A stretch of DNA of 64,000 nt, taken from contig CAMBFR010000007.1 of NCBI GenBank assembly GCA_945865815.1, forward strand, positions 3,008 through 67,007. The letters run 5' to 3'. Within the stretch, counting starts at the first letter, position 1, and each line of letters starts with the position of its first letter. The notes beneath the pieces were generated by a model, which was given only the letters and a program-made list of their open reading frames with translations, was not told the origin of the DNA and did no database searches. Source of the stretch: Candidatus Sulfopaludibacter sp. SbA3. Lineage in GTDB: Bacteria > Acidobacteriota > Terriglobia > 20CM-2-55-15. Shown one piece after another: positions 44,829 through 54,646 of this stretch. Made by a program: the position numbers and the translations under genes.

Positions 44829-45031
44829 CGCAGCACGGTTACGGACGGAAGTTGGGCTTATTGACGAACCTCGCCTTTTCTTCTCCAACCCGCCGACTCT
44901 GCCTTTGCAGCCGCCACGCGTTCCGCAATACCGCGGAAAATGCGGTCGCGCACCGCGCGCGCCCGTTGACGAGTCGAGGGTCTGTCATGGTCGTGCTCCC
45001 TCGAAAGATCAAATACACTATGATCCACATC

Positions 45032-46537
45032 ATGACGCAAGTCACTGACAACACTGGCTCCACTCGATTCGCTTTCGACAATACGTATGCGCGCGATCTC
45101 GAAGGTTTTTACTCTGCGTGGAAGGCCGCGCAGGTGGCGCAGCCTTCGCTGGTAAAGCTCAACCGTCAACTGGCTGAGGAATTGGGATTGAATGCGGATG
45201 CACTCGATTCCGTCGAAGGCGCGAAGATCTTTACGGGCAATGAAGTACCCGAGGGAGCGTCACCGCTGGCTCAGGCGTACGCCGGCCACCAGTTCGGCAA
45301 CTTTGTGCCTCAACTTGGCGATGGGCGGGCCTTGCTTCTCGGCGAAGTGATCGACCGCTACGGCAAGCGTCGCGACATTCAACTGAAGGGCTCCGGGCGC
45401 ACTCCTTTTTCACGCGGCGGCGACGGCAAGGCCGCACTCGGTCCAGTGCTGCGAGAGTATCTGATGGGTGAGGCGATGCACGCGCTCGGCATCCCGACGA
45501 CCCGCGCCCTGGCCGCAGCCAAGACAGGCGAGCCCGTTTATCGTGAGGGCACGCTGCCGGGAGCCGTCTTGACGCGCGTTGCGGCGAGCCACATCCGTGT
45601 CGGCACCTTCCAGTTTTTCGCCGCGCGCCAGGAGTTCGACAACGTGCGCCGTCTGGCCGATTACGTCATCGAGCGCCATTATGCGGAACTAAAAGGCCAT
45701 GCGACTCCTTATCTTGCCCTGCTTGCGAACGTTGCCGAGAGACAAGCGGCGCTCATCGCCAAGTGGATGCACGTGGGCTTCATCCATGGCGTGATGAATA
45801 CCGACAACATGGCGATCTCCGGTGAAACGATCGATTACGGGCCGTGCGCGTTCATGGATCACTACGACCCTGCCACGGTGTTCAGCTCCATCGACCACCA
45901 CGGCCGCTATTGCTACGCCAACCAGCCGAAGATTGCGCAATGGAACCTGGCGCGGCTGGCCGAGACGCTGCTCCCGCTGATCGATACGGATAATGACCGC
46001 GCGATCGCGAGTGCCACGGACGTCATCAATGACTTTCCCGATCAATATGAACGGTACTGGATCGCGGGCATGCGTGCGAAGCTCGGATTGACTCAGCCAG
46101 AGGAGGATGACGTCGAGATCGCTCTGGGGTTCCTCAAAGCAATGCAGGGCAACCACATCGACTGGACGCTGGCGTTTCGCTATCTTGCCGATGCCGCGGC
46201 AGGACCCTCAAGTGACGCAGGGCGGATCCGCGCGCTGTTTGCTAATGCGCCCGACTTCGATCTGTGGTTTCAACAGTGGCAAACTCGGCTTTCGCGCGAA
46301 TCGGTCTCACTGTCGGACCGTGCGCAGGCGATGCGGCGGGTTAATCCTGCGTTCATTCCGCGCAACCACCGCGTCGAGGAAGCCTTGAGCGCCGCAGTTG
46401 AGCGTACCGACTACGCTCCCTTCGAGACGCTGTTGAGACTATTGCTGCGGCCTTTCGACGATCAGCCGGAATTCGCAGCGTTTGCTGAACCGGAGCCAGG
46501 AGGGCATGCGGGCTACCGTACGTTCTGCGGCACTTGA
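45032..46537 (+). CDS. selO: Protein adenylyltransferase (AMPylase) SelO/YdiU
   Basis: It has YAGHQFG, QLGDGRA, GSGRTPFSRGGDG, GVMNTDNM, IDYGPCAF and the C-terminal ...TFCGT, where Cys takes the place of eukaryotic Sec. Confidence 0.9.
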   Translation: MTQVTDNTGSTRFAFDNTYARDLEGFYSAWKAAQVAQPSLVKLNRQLAEELGLNADALDSVEGAKIFTGNEVPEGASPLAQAYAGHQFGNFVPQLGDGRALLLGEVIDRYGKRRDIQLKGSGRTPFSRGGDGKAALGPVLREYLMGEAMHALGIPTTRALAAAKTGEPVYREGTLPGAVLTRVAASHIRVGTFQFFAARQEFDNVRRLADYVIERHYAELKGHATPYLALLANVAERQAALIAKWMHVGFIHGVMNTDNMAISGETIDYGPCAFMDHYDPATVFSSIDHHGRYCYANQPKIAQWNLARLAETLLPLIDTDNDRAIASATDVINDFPDQYERYWIAGMRAKLGLTQPEEDDVEIALGFLKAMQGNHIDWTLAFRYLADAAAGPSSDAGRIRALFANAPDFDLWFQQWQTRLSRESVSLSDRAQAMRRVNPAFIPRNHRVEEALSAAVERTDYAPFETLLRLLLRPFDDQPEFAAFAEPEPGGHAGYRTFCGT

Positions 46538-46855
46538 GCCAGGGCGACACTCGAAAAGCCGGGGCGAGTCATCATCGCTGTCGTCGCGCTGGTATTGGCG
46601 GCTCTGGCCTACATGGGTCACCAAGCGGCCGTAGCCAATGTCGTCGAAACACTCTATGGATTTATCCTCTCCTCACCTCCGGCTTCCGAGAAGTCCGGTT
46701 CTGGGAAGGTGAAGGCCGACTCCTAACGATTAACGCCGTAGCGTTTACCGATTCTTTTCGCTACTGACTAGCGTATTTGCCTGGCCGGACAGGTTCAGAA
46801 GGATAAGGTTCCTTCTGCGACACGCGAGGCCTGACTCTCCAGGACTCGGAGAGGG

Positions 46856-47683
46856 GTGGCGTCCGTCGCCCGCGTTGCGTTACCCTGCCGCGTGCCCTAT
46901 CGGATCGACATCTCTTCTCCGCCGAACGACGCGCTTGACCGGCTCGTGCAGTTGGGCGCGCTCGATATCGAGCCAGTCCGTGATGGGCTTGCGGCCATCA
47001 TACCTGATGGTGTGACGCCGGACGCCGTGGCTGGCGCCTTGGGCGTGGCCCGCGTGACCGTATCCCCCGCCCTCGCGCGGGATAGCGGGTCGGTCTGGTT
47101 GGTGAGTCCTCGTGCCGTTTGTATCGGGAGTGTTCTGATTGCGCCGCCGGAAGTCGCCGCTGCACCCGGCACCCTCAGATTGACCGATTCCACTGCGTTT
47201 GGAACCGGACATCATCCGACCACGGCACTCTGCATCGAGGCTATCGAAGAGGCCTTGACCATCGAAGTTCCCGACAGTGTCCTCGACGTTGGCACGGGAT
47301 CGGGCGTGCTGGCGTTGACGGCACTAATGATGGGCGTGCCGCAGGCAGTTGGCCTGGATATCGATGTCGATGCGCTGAGAATTGCCGCGGAGCATGCGCG
47401 CCTGAACAACCTGGCGGACCGGCTGCAGCTCGTGCTCGGCGGACCCGATGTTGTGGGTGGCGCGTGGCCGCTCGTCGTCGCGAACGTTCTCGCCGCTCCC
47501 CTGAGCGAGATGGCGCCGGTCCTCGTTCGACGTGTGCGGAGCCGTGGCCGACTCATTCTCTCCGGCATCCCGTGGTCTCTCGAATCCGAAGTCCGGCAGA
47601 CCTACCAGCGGCTCGGAATGCGGCATATCCGCTCGGAGACACGCGCCCGGTGGACGGTCCTGGTGACTCAAGCTTCCTGGTAA
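46856..47683 (+). CDS. prmA: Ribosomal protein L11 methyltransferase
   Basis: It has AFGTGHHPTTALCIE and VLDVGTGSGVLAL, followed by ...VVANVLA. The start codon is GTG. Confidence 0.8.
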   Translation: MASVARVALPCRVPYRIDISSPPNDALDRLVQLGALDIEPVRDGLAAIIPDGVTPDAVAGALGVARVTVSPALARDSGSVWLVSPRAVCIGSVLIAPPEVAAAPGTLRLTDSTAFGTGHHPTTALCIEAIEEALTIEVPDSVLDVGTGSGVLALTALMMGVPQAVGLDIDVDALRIAAEHARLNNLADRLQLVLGGPDVVGGAWPLVVANVLAAPLSEMAPVLVRRVRSRGRLILSGIPWSLESEVRQTYQRLGMRHIRSETRARWTVLVTQASW

Positions 47684-47786
47684 GGATGTCCGTATCGCCG
47701 CGACACCGCGAGGCCTGAATCTCCGGGTTGCACAGCGTATTTGTCCCGCTTATGCTTGACCGGCTAACCAATCGGGAGGTGATGCC

Positions 47787-48791
47787 TTGACTATCGATCG
47801 CAGACAGTTCATGGCCGCGGCAGCGGCGGGGTTGGGGTCCCAACTCGTTTCGACGTCCCCCGCTGTCCTCGCGCAAACCGCGGCGCGCCCATTGCCGCCC
47901 GATAGCGGCCTGTTCCCGGGCTTTGAAGCCAGGTGGGTTCGCACCAATGGCGCGGATATTTTCCTGCGGCATGGCGGCACGGGACAGCCGCTCCTGCTGC
48001 TCCATGGCAACCCGCAGTCGCACGCTTGTTGGCACAAGGTTGCCGGCGCGCTCGCCAATCGATACCACGTCGTAGTGGCAGACCTTAGGGGCTATGGCGA
48101 CAGTGTGGGCCCCACCGGGGGCGGCGCGGAACACGTCAACTACTCGTTCCGCACCATGGCTCAGGACCAGGTGAACGTGATGGCCGCGCTCGGCTTCGAA
48201 CGCTTCTTCCTGGCCGGTCACGACCGTGGCGGGCGCACCGCCCATCGATTGGCGCTCGACCATCCGGGACGCGTTCAGAAGGTCGCGCTGCTGGACATCC
48301 TGCCCACGCGCTACGTATGGGCCAACCCCTCCCGGGAATGGGCGCTCAATTCCTGGCACTGGTCGTTCATGGCGCAGCCGGACGAGATGTTCGAGCGCAT
48401 GATCGCCGCGATTCCGGCTCGTGAGTTCGTGTTGCGCCACCTTGGCCGATCCGGCAAGCCCGCATTTTTTGACGATCGGGCGATCGCCGAATACATCCGC
48501 TGCTTCACGCCGAAGACGATTCACGGTTCCTGCGAGGACTATCGCGCGGCCGCGGGAATCGATCTCACGCATGACGAGGCAGATCACCAGGCCGGTCACA
48601 AGATCGCCGCGCCGGCGCTGGTCATGTGGGGAAGCCGAAGCCACACGGGAATGTTTTACGCGGGAAACCAACTGTCAATCTGGCGCGAAAGCGCGAGCGA
48701 CGTAACGGGCGGCCCCCTCGATACCGGCCACTATCTGGCCGAGGAAGCGCCGCAGGCCGTCATCGAGGCCTTCGAACGCTTCTTCGTTTAA
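47787..48791 (+). CDS. Alpha/beta hydrolase (haloacetate dehalogenase/epoxide hydrolase-like) with Tat signal
   Basis: It has RRQFMAAAAAG, LLLLHGNPQS, DLRGYGDS and AGHDRGGR. The start codon is TTG. Confidence 0.8.
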   Translation: MTIDRRQFMAAAAAGLGSQLVSTSPAVLAQTAARPLPPDSGLFPGFEARWVRTNGADIFLRHGGTGQPLLLLHGNPQSHACWHKVAGALANRYHVVVADLRGYGDSVGPTGGGAEHVNYSFRTMAQDQVNVMAALGFERFFLAGHDRGGRTAHRLALDHPGRVQKVALLDILPTRYVWANPSREWALNSWHWSFMAQPDEMFERMIAAIPAREFVLRHLGRSGKPAFFDDRAIAEYIRCFTPKTIHGSCEDYRAAAGIDLTHDEADHQAGHKIAAPALVMWGSRSHTGMFYAGNQLSIWRESASDVTGGPLDTGHYLAEEAPQAVIEAFERFFV

Positions 48792-48821
48792 CCGCCCATG
48801 TGGGTCACGGGAGAATAGACC

Positions 48822-49568
48822 ATGAAGTCCAGGATCATCTTCGCGGCAGCAACCACGCTACTGTTCGCAGTACAAGTCACTGCGTCTGAAATCAAGGTTC
48901 TTTCCACCCAGGCCATTGAGGGCGCTTACCGGGAACTGGTCCCGCAGTTCGAACGCGTGACCGGGCACAAAGTGACGACCGTCTTCACGGGCACACTCGA
49001 CGTTCAGAAGCGGATCGCGGCAGGCGAGGCCTACGATCTGATTATCATGTCCGGATCGGACCTCGATAAATTCATAGCAACCGGCAAGGTGGTATCCGGG
49101 AGCCGGGTCGATCTGGCGAAGTCCGGTGTGGGCGCCGCCGTGCGCCCGGGTGCGATCAAACCGGACATCCGCACAACCGACGGGTTGAAGAGGGCCCTGC
49201 TCTCCGCCAGATCAATTGGCTATTCGACAGGACCCAGTGGCCAGATTGTCACCAGCATGTTTCAGCAGATGGGGATTGCGGACCAGATCAAGGATAAGCT
49301 CAAGCAGACCCCGACGGGTGTGTTCGTCGGAACCCTCCTGGCGACCGGCGAAGCCGACATCGGATTCCAGCAGGTGAGCGAATTGATGACTTTTGCCGGC
49401 ATTGACTATCTCGGGCCGCTACCGGCAGACGTCCAGCAATACACAACGTTCTCGGGCGGTATCCAGTCCGGAGCGAAAGAGCCGGACGCTGCCAGAGCAT
49501 GGATCCGGTTCATTGCGGCCCCGGCCGCCGCGCCGGCTTTCAGGAAACGCGGCATGGAACCGTTCTAA
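48822..49568 (+). CDS. Periplasmic substrate-binding protein, ModA-like (SBP_bac_11-type)
   Basis: A signal peptide is followed by IKVLSTQAIEGAYRELVPQFE...KVTTVFTGT...DLIIMS. Confidence 0.5.
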   Translation: MKSRIIFAAATTLLFAVQVTASEIKVLSTQAIEGAYRELVPQFERVTGHKVTTVFTGTLDVQKRIAAGEAYDLIIMSGSDLDKFIATGKVVSGSRVDLAKSGVGAAVRPGAIKPDIRTTDGLKRALLSARSIGYSTGPSGQIVTSMFQQMGIADQIKDKLKQTPTGVFVGTLLATGEADIGFQQVSELMTFAGIDYLGPLPADVQQYTTFSGGIQSGAKEPDAARAWIRFIAAPAAAPAFRKRGMEPF

Positions 49569-49618
49569 CCATATTTCACCTTCAATGTTCGATCCAACAG
49601 ACAATATAGGAGCTATTC

Positions 49619-50434
49619 ATGAATCCAAACAAAGCGTTGTGGGAGAAAGGCGACTTCACTGCGATTGCCGCCTTAATGCGCCAATCCGGCGAAGCACTCG
49701 CGAAGTCTCTTGAGATAACGCCGCTAATGCAGGTTTTGGACCTCGGTTGCGGAGATGGTACTACGGCAGTTCCTCTGGCCCGCCTCGGGGCCGCAGTAGT
49801 TGGAATCGACATTGCCAGGAACCTCGTTGATGCGGGGAACAAGCGAGCGGCTGAGGCCGGTCTCAGCCGACTGAAATTTCAAGAGGGAGATGCGTGCAGT
49901 TTGCAGGGGGTCGAGGACCACTCGTTTGATCTGGCTCTCTCCATATTCGGCGCCATGTTTGCTCCCAAGCCCTTCGACGTCGCCAGGGAGATGGTCCGGG
50001 TAACGAAGCCAGGTGGCCGCATTGTGATGGGAAACTGGATTCCGAACGATCCAACTTCATTCGTGTCACAGTTGCTGAAGATAAGCTCGTCGTTTATGCC
50101 GCCCCCTCCGGAAGGCTTCGTCAGTCCAATGACCTGGGGTGTGGATTCTCATGTCATCGAGCGTTTTGGCCAGGCCGGAGTGCCCAAAGAAAAAATATCC
50201 ATGGTCAAGGACACGTACCACTTCATCTCGCCTGACAAAAGTCCTGCACAAGTCATCGACTCGTTCAAACGATTCTATGGCCCGACCATGAATGCTTTCG
50301 AAGCGGCTCAACAGAGCGGAAAAACGGAGGATCTCCACAAGCAACTTCTGGAACTGGCGCAATCACAGAACACGAGCACCGGCGCCGGCACTTCAATACC
50401 TGCTACTTTCTTGCGAGTGACTGTCAGCCTTTGA
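49619..50434 (+). CDS. Class I SAM-dependent methyltransferase
   Basis: It has VLDLGCGDGT (motif I) and KPGGRIVMGNW. Confidence 0.8.
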   Translation: MNPNKALWEKGDFTAIAALMRQSGEALAKSLEITPLMQVLDLGCGDGTTAVPLARLGAAVVGIDIARNLVDAGNKRAAEAGLSRLKFQEGDACSLQGVEDHSFDLALSIFGAMFAPKPFDVAREMVRVTKPGGRIVMGNWIPNDPTSFVSQLLKISSSFMPPPPEGFVSPMTWGVDSHVIERFGQAGVPKEKISMVKDTYHFISPDKSPAQVIDSFKRFYGPTMNAFEAAQQSGKTEDLHKQLLELAQSQNTSTGAGTSIPATFLRVTVSL

Positions 50435-50446
50435 GATTGCGGCAAA

Positions 50447-50478
50447 GCAAAAGGGCCGGACGGCTCCGGCCCTTTTGC
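50447..50478. terminator. Bidirectional rho-independent terminator
   Basis: GCAAAAGGGCCGGA-CGGC-TCCGGCCCTTTTGC is flanked by A-rich and T-rich runs. It lies between convergent genes. Confidence 0.8.
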
Positions 50479-50503
50479 TTCTTGTCTTCCGAACTCGAAG
50501 TGA

Positions 50504-51730
50504 CTACTTGGGTGTCACGTGAATCAGGCCGCCGTTATCGCCGTCTTCAAGCATCCACAGTGAGCCATTGGGACCTTCGGCCACATCGCGGATGATTTTG
50601 CCCACCGACCAGCGCTCGGCCATTTTGGCGCCCCCCTTGCCATCAAAGATGACGCGGGCGAGTAACAGCGTATCCATGCCGGCGATGAAGGCGCTGCCGT
50701 TCCATTGCGGAAAGGTCTGGCCGCCGCGGTAGAACATCAGGTTACCGGGCGCGATCACCGGTACCCAATAGAGCACCGGTTTGGTCAGGTCGGGCCGTGT
50801 GTCGGGATGAGGGATCTTCACGCCGTTATAGTTCTCTCCATAAGAGACGAGCGGCCAGCCGTAGTTCTTGCCCGGCTCGATTAAATTCAGTTCGTCGCCG
50901 CCTTGCGGACCATGCTCGAGCTCCCACAATTCGCCCGTTGGCGAAAACGCCATGCCATAGGGCGTGCGGTGGCCCATGGTCCAGGTTTCAGCCGGCGTAT
51001 TGTTGGGCCCGGGGAAAGTGTATGTGCTCACCACTGGCGCGGTCTTGGCGACTTCGGTGTCTCTGGGCGGTTCGATCAGAGTAACAGTTGCAGCGCCCGT
51101 TTTGCCGAAGTTGGGATTGCCAGGGGCCGGTTTGCCGTCCAGTGTCAGACGCAGGATCTTGCCTACGGGCTGGTTGGGATCCTGGGCGGGCGTGAAGCGT
51201 TGGCGGTCACCCACCGTAAGGAACAGGTGCTGGCCGTCCGGCGAGAAAGCGACCGCCCCGCCCTCCTGGCCACCTCTGCCTCTGGGCATCTGGCGCCACA
51301 GCACTTCGAAATTTCGCAAGGCAGGCGGAGTTTCGGTGAGGTCCAATCTGGCGCGCGCCAGCGCCAGGCCTCCGCCATAGTCCCCCGGCTCGGCATAGGT
51401 GAGATAGATACGCTGGTCGGTGGAATAGGTCGGCGAGAGGTATACGCCCAGCATGCCGTTTTGGTTTTGCCAATAGACCGGGGGAGTATTCATGACCATC
51501 GTCTTCTCGCCCTGCTGGGTCACCAGCCAAAGTGGTCCAACCTTTTCGGTGATCAGCATCCGGCCATCGGGCAGAAATGCGATCCTCCAGGGGAGAGTGA
51601 ATGTGGCCACCTTGGTCATGTTGAAGGGAACCGTGGCTTCGGGCTTCTGGTCGCCCGCATTTACCTGAGCCCAAGCCGCCGATGACGCAAGGGCGATGAG
51701 CAACGCCGCTGCTGCGAATTTCGTTTTCAT
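50504..51730 (-). CDS. PQQ-dependent sugar (glucose/sorbosone) dehydrogenase, soluble beta-propeller type
   Basis: A signal peptide is followed by NGMLGVYLSP, HRTPYGMAFSPTGELWELEHGPQGGDELNLIEPGKNYGWP. Confidence 0.75.
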   Translation of the reverse strand: MKTKFAAAALLIALASSAAWAQVNAGDQKPEATVPFNMTKVATFTLPWRIAFLPDGRMLITEKVGPLWLVTQQGEKTMVMNTPPVYWQNQNGMLGVYLSPTYSTDQRIYLTYAEPGDYGGGLALARARLDLTETPPALRNFEVLWRQMPRGRGGQEGGAVAFSPDGQHLFLTVGDRQRFTPAQDPNQPVGKILRLTLDGKPAPGNPNFGKTGAATVTLIEPPRDTEVAKTAPVVSTYTFPGPNNTPAETWTMGHRTPYGMAFSPTGELWELEHGPQGGDELNLIEPGKNYGWPLVSYGENYNGVKIPHPDTRPDLTKPVLYWVPVIAPGNLMFYRGGQTFPQWNGSAFIAGMDTLLLARVIFDGKGGAKMAERWSVGKIIRDVAEGPNGSLWMLEDGDNGGLIHVTPK

Positions 51731-51843
51731 GGTTGTTTGTCCTTAGCTTGTGAAGCGCCCCATATCATCCGATCCGGGGAACGTTGGTATGCTATTGAAT
51801 CGCCCTCGCCAATTGCAAACATTCTACTTCGGGGACAGGCCAC

Positions 51844-53268
51844 TCAATTCGCGGCCTTGCCGGCGGCCAGCATTCTCGTCCTCAGGCCTGCTCGATCGAC
51901 TTTCATTCCTCTCAGGTAGACACTCGAGATACCGCGGTAGGAGTTCATGATGTTGTCGAGAGGATTGGCGTCGAGCACGTTGAAGCTGGCTTCCTTGCCA
52001 ACAGCGACGGCGCCCATTTGGGTCAATCCGAGGATCCTGGCGTTAATCGACGTCGCCGCAATAATCGCCTCAGCGGGCGTCATTCCGCATTTTGTGTAGG
52101 AATACATCTGCTCGTGGACTCCGAAGCCGTCGCCGGTCCCGTCCGTCCCCAAACCGATGATCATCCCGGCGTCGTGGATCTTTTTCAGATTGCGGCAGTG
52201 GAGCTGGTAGAGCGCGTCGGGCGGAACGTTGGACGCCGTCCGGCGTTCGAGGTCCCGGCGCATAGCGGCGATCTGGCCGGCCGGCAATGTCGCAGCCAGG
52301 GCCTCGATGTGTTCTCTGGTCGCTCCGGCGCCCGGCATGTTCGGGCCGGACCACACCCTGGGGTGGGCTTTCACGATGGCCAGGTACTCTTCGTCGACGT
52401 CCCTGTCGCGAACCAGGTGGACGAATCCGTCGATGCCTGCTTTCATCAGGTCCTTCGCATCTTCCAATGCCGACGTCCGGCCCAGATGCGCAAGCGCTTC
52501 CATGCCGTTCTTGTGCGCTTCATCGATGATCGCCCGATACGTCTCCGGCGTAATCTTCGGCACGGTACCGTCACGATCGTCGACCCATATCTTGACGAAG
52601 TGGACTTTCCTCTCGTGCAGCTCTCGAACATGCCTGCGTCCCTCTTCAGGGTTCGCCGCGCCCCAGGGAATGCCCAGGCGAGCCTCGCCCGTCGGCCCAG
52701 CCATCGACGTCGCCGCGATCCCTTTGCCCACCGTCAGGAAGCGCGCCGCGTTCGGGATGACTTCGTCGCGGAGCTTATAGGCCAGCTCCTGGTCCTGCTC
52801 CAGGCCCATGCTCAAGGTCGCTCCCGTGCCGTAGTAAGCGTACCGCTGGAGCTGGTCGATCAGGTTCTCCCGCGTGTAGTTCGCCTTGGCGTTGCTGCCG
52901 TCCCGCACGTTGACCAGCCCGGTGTGGTTGTGACCGTCGATTAAACTGGGTATTACGGTCTTGCCCGTCAGATCCACGCGCGTGGCGCCCGCCGGCGGCT
53001 GGCGTTCGCCCTTCCTGCCAACCCAGGTGAAGGTGTCGCCCTCAACCAGGAACGCGGAATTCTCGATGGCCGCGCTCCTGTCGCCAATGATTAGCCGCGC
53101 GCCTTCAAAAAAGATCGCGGGGCGTCCGGCCTGTGAAGAAACCACCTTCGGAATTAACGCAACGGCCAGCATCAGACAATACGGCAGCATTTTTCGAAGT
53201 GACATGAGATCTCTCCCGGAGCGCTGTAGCGCTCGCAAGACACGTAGCATACTAACGGTGCCGGCCAT
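51844..53268 (-). CDS. Amidohydrolase family protein
   Basis: It has VIPSLIDGHNHTG, a HLVRD region and GLGTDGTGDG. Internal starts at 53205 or 53190 would give a cleaner signal peptide. Confidence 0.8.
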   Translation of the reverse strand: MAGTVSMLRVLRALQRSGRDLMSLRKMLPYCLMLAVALIPKVVSSQAGRPAIFFEGARLIIGDRSAAIENSAFLVEGDTFTWVGRKGERQPPAGATRVDLTGKTVIPSLIDGHNHTGLVNVRDGSNAKANYTRENLIDQLQRYAYYGTGATLSMGLEQDQELAYKLRDEVIPNAARFLTVGKGIAATSMAGPTGEARLGIPWGAANPEEGRRHVRELHERKVHFVKIWVDDRDGTVPKITPETYRAIIDEAHKNGMEALAHLGRTSALEDAKDLMKAGIDGFVHLVRDRDVDEEYLAIVKAHPRVWSGPNMPGAGATREHIEALAATLPAGQIAAMRRDLERRTASNVPPDALYQLHCRNLKKIHDAGMIIGLGTDGTGDGFGVHEQMYSYTKCGMTPAEAIIAATSINARILGLTQMGAVAVGKEASFNVLDANPLDNIMNSYRGISSVYLRGMKVDRAGLRTRMLAAGKAAN

Positions 53269-53272
53269 CGCG

Positions 53273-53749
53273 CTACTTTGGCTTCTCTTTCGACACTGTT
53301 TTGCGCTTCCCGGCTGTTGCTTTCTTCGGAGAGGAGCGTAGTGTCTCGGAAACGTCGTAGGCCTCTTTAAGCCAGTCGGTGAGTGGGGATTCCACCTCGT
53401 CCCGGTGTTTGATGCGGAGCTGATGCGCGACTTTCACTCTCGATGTCTCCACGACGCTGCGCACGCGCGAGTCCTTCAGTCTCCTGCCAAGAAAGAACCA
53501 GATCTCGAGAAATGATTTTTGCGGACGGACGAAGAAGTAACAGGACTTGCGCGAAAACATGATCGATTTATGCGACGCGTAAATTCTTTGATCGCCGAAC
53601 TCCGCCGCCGTCTCGCGCAACCGCTCCCACGCGTCCATCAAATCCTCCGAGAGACCGCGCGTCAGGTTTTCCTCGGTGGTGGTCCAGCAATCGTGGGGCG
53701 TCCCCTCCTCGATCTCTTCTTTGCAGTGATAACAGGTGTAGGTAGCCAT
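53273..53749 (-). CDS. DUF5655-like protein
   Basis: It has YASHKSIMFSRKSCYFFVRPQKSFLEIWFFL and a VAHQLRIKHRDEVESPLTDWLKEAY pattern. A basic tail follows. Confidence 0.5.
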   Translation of the reverse strand: MATYTCYHCKEEIEEGTPHDCWTTTEENLTRGLSEDLMDAWERLRETAAEFGDQRIYASHKSIMFSRKSCYFFVRPQKSFLEIWFFLGRRLKDSRVRSVVETSRVKVAHQLRIKHRDEVESPLTDWLKEAYDVSETLRSSPKKATAGKRKTVSKEKPK

Positions 53750-53756
53750 CCGCTTG

Positions 53757-54413
53757 TCAGCCGATATCTTTGGTCAATTCCTGGATGACTTTTTCGAGCC
53801 GCCGCAGACGCGCCCGGGGATCCCGATAGTGAAATATTCCGAACAAATGTCTTCGCCGATGAGACGGCGTCAGCCGGTTCCAGCCTGCAGCTGCTTCAGG
53901 GTCGCGGACAAGCGCCTGCCGAAGCAAAGGCGGAAGTTCGCGCTCGGCTTCCATCGTCTCCATCAGTCGCTCGGCGATCTGTTCCGCACGGCGGACCCGC
54001 GTTGCCGGCTGTTTTGCTGCAGCGACGAATCGCGCTATATCGGTTCGCATCGAAGGACTCAGCGATTCCCAAAACCTAAGCAATCGCCTTGAGCTCCCGA
54101 GCGCCTTTTCCAGTTCAGGGGCGGCAGGCGCAGTACGCTTCTCGGTGTCGGCTTCCATCCGGAAGCGCGCTTCCATTCCAGGACGAACCTTCGCCCCTTT
54201 TTGCATCTGCCTGTTGACGATCATGAAGTGGCCGCCATTGCGAGTAGGTAACACCGAGGTGCGAAAAGGAAATCCGCTGATGTCACCTTTGATTCGAACA
54301 TGACCTCGGGATCCCCAGACCTTTTCGACATCGAACGGAATCCAAATGATCGTCCAGTTCATGCTGTGGCTCGTCCGCCGCTCCAATGTCGCCGAAAATG
54401 TCTTGACCGGCAT
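53757..54413 (-). CDS. DUF1905 + YdeI/OmpD-associated domain protein
   Basis: The N-terminus has WTIIWIPFDVEKVWGSRGHVRIKGDISGFPFRTSVLP. The C-terminus has ...ARFVAAAKQPATRVRRAEQIAERL. Confidence 0.6.
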   Translation of the reverse strand: MPVKTFSATLERRTSHSMNWTIIWIPFDVEKVWGSRGHVRIKGDISGFPFRTSVLPTRNGGHFMIVNRQMQKGAKVRPGMEARFRMEADTEKRTAPAAPELEKALGSSRRLLRFWESLSPSMRTDIARFVAAAKQPATRVRRAEQIAERLMETMEAERELPPLLRQALVRDPEAAAGWNRLTPSHRRRHLFGIFHYRDPRARLRRLEKVIQELTKDIG

Positions 54414-54478
54414 CGGGAGATTTTACCCGATGCCGGGATTCTGGGGACAGGCTCCGGATCAGAGCGTCCGCCAATCTA

Positions 54479-54568
54479 CCTGTGGGCGCGTGGCTTCAGC
54501 CTCGTGCCAGGATCAAACAGAATATTTCTGGAACACTTTGCACGGCTCTAAAGCCCCGCGCCCACAGG
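54479..54568. repeat. REP-like element family A, paired inverted copy
   Basis: The arms CCTGTGGGCGCGTGGCTTCAGCCTCGTGC (54479..54507) and GCACGGCTCTAAAGCCCCGCGCCCACAGG (54540..54568) flank a spacer related to that of the copy at 28264..28296. Confidence 0.75.
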
Positions 54569-54646
54569 TCAGGGTTCCCCGAAGATTCAAACTGACCCAA
54601 CTTGGCATTCTCTGCGATGATCTGTGTACTAGAATCGTTCTACAAG

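Noticed and set aside
45032-46537. SelO as a second selenoprotein
   Set aside because: There is no in-frame TGA. The C-terminal ...TFCGT carries Cys, as in bacterial SelO.
47553-48671. 372-aa ORF on the minus strand
   Set aside because: It is antisense to the alpha/beta hydrolase gene, which has a Tat signal and catalytic motifs.
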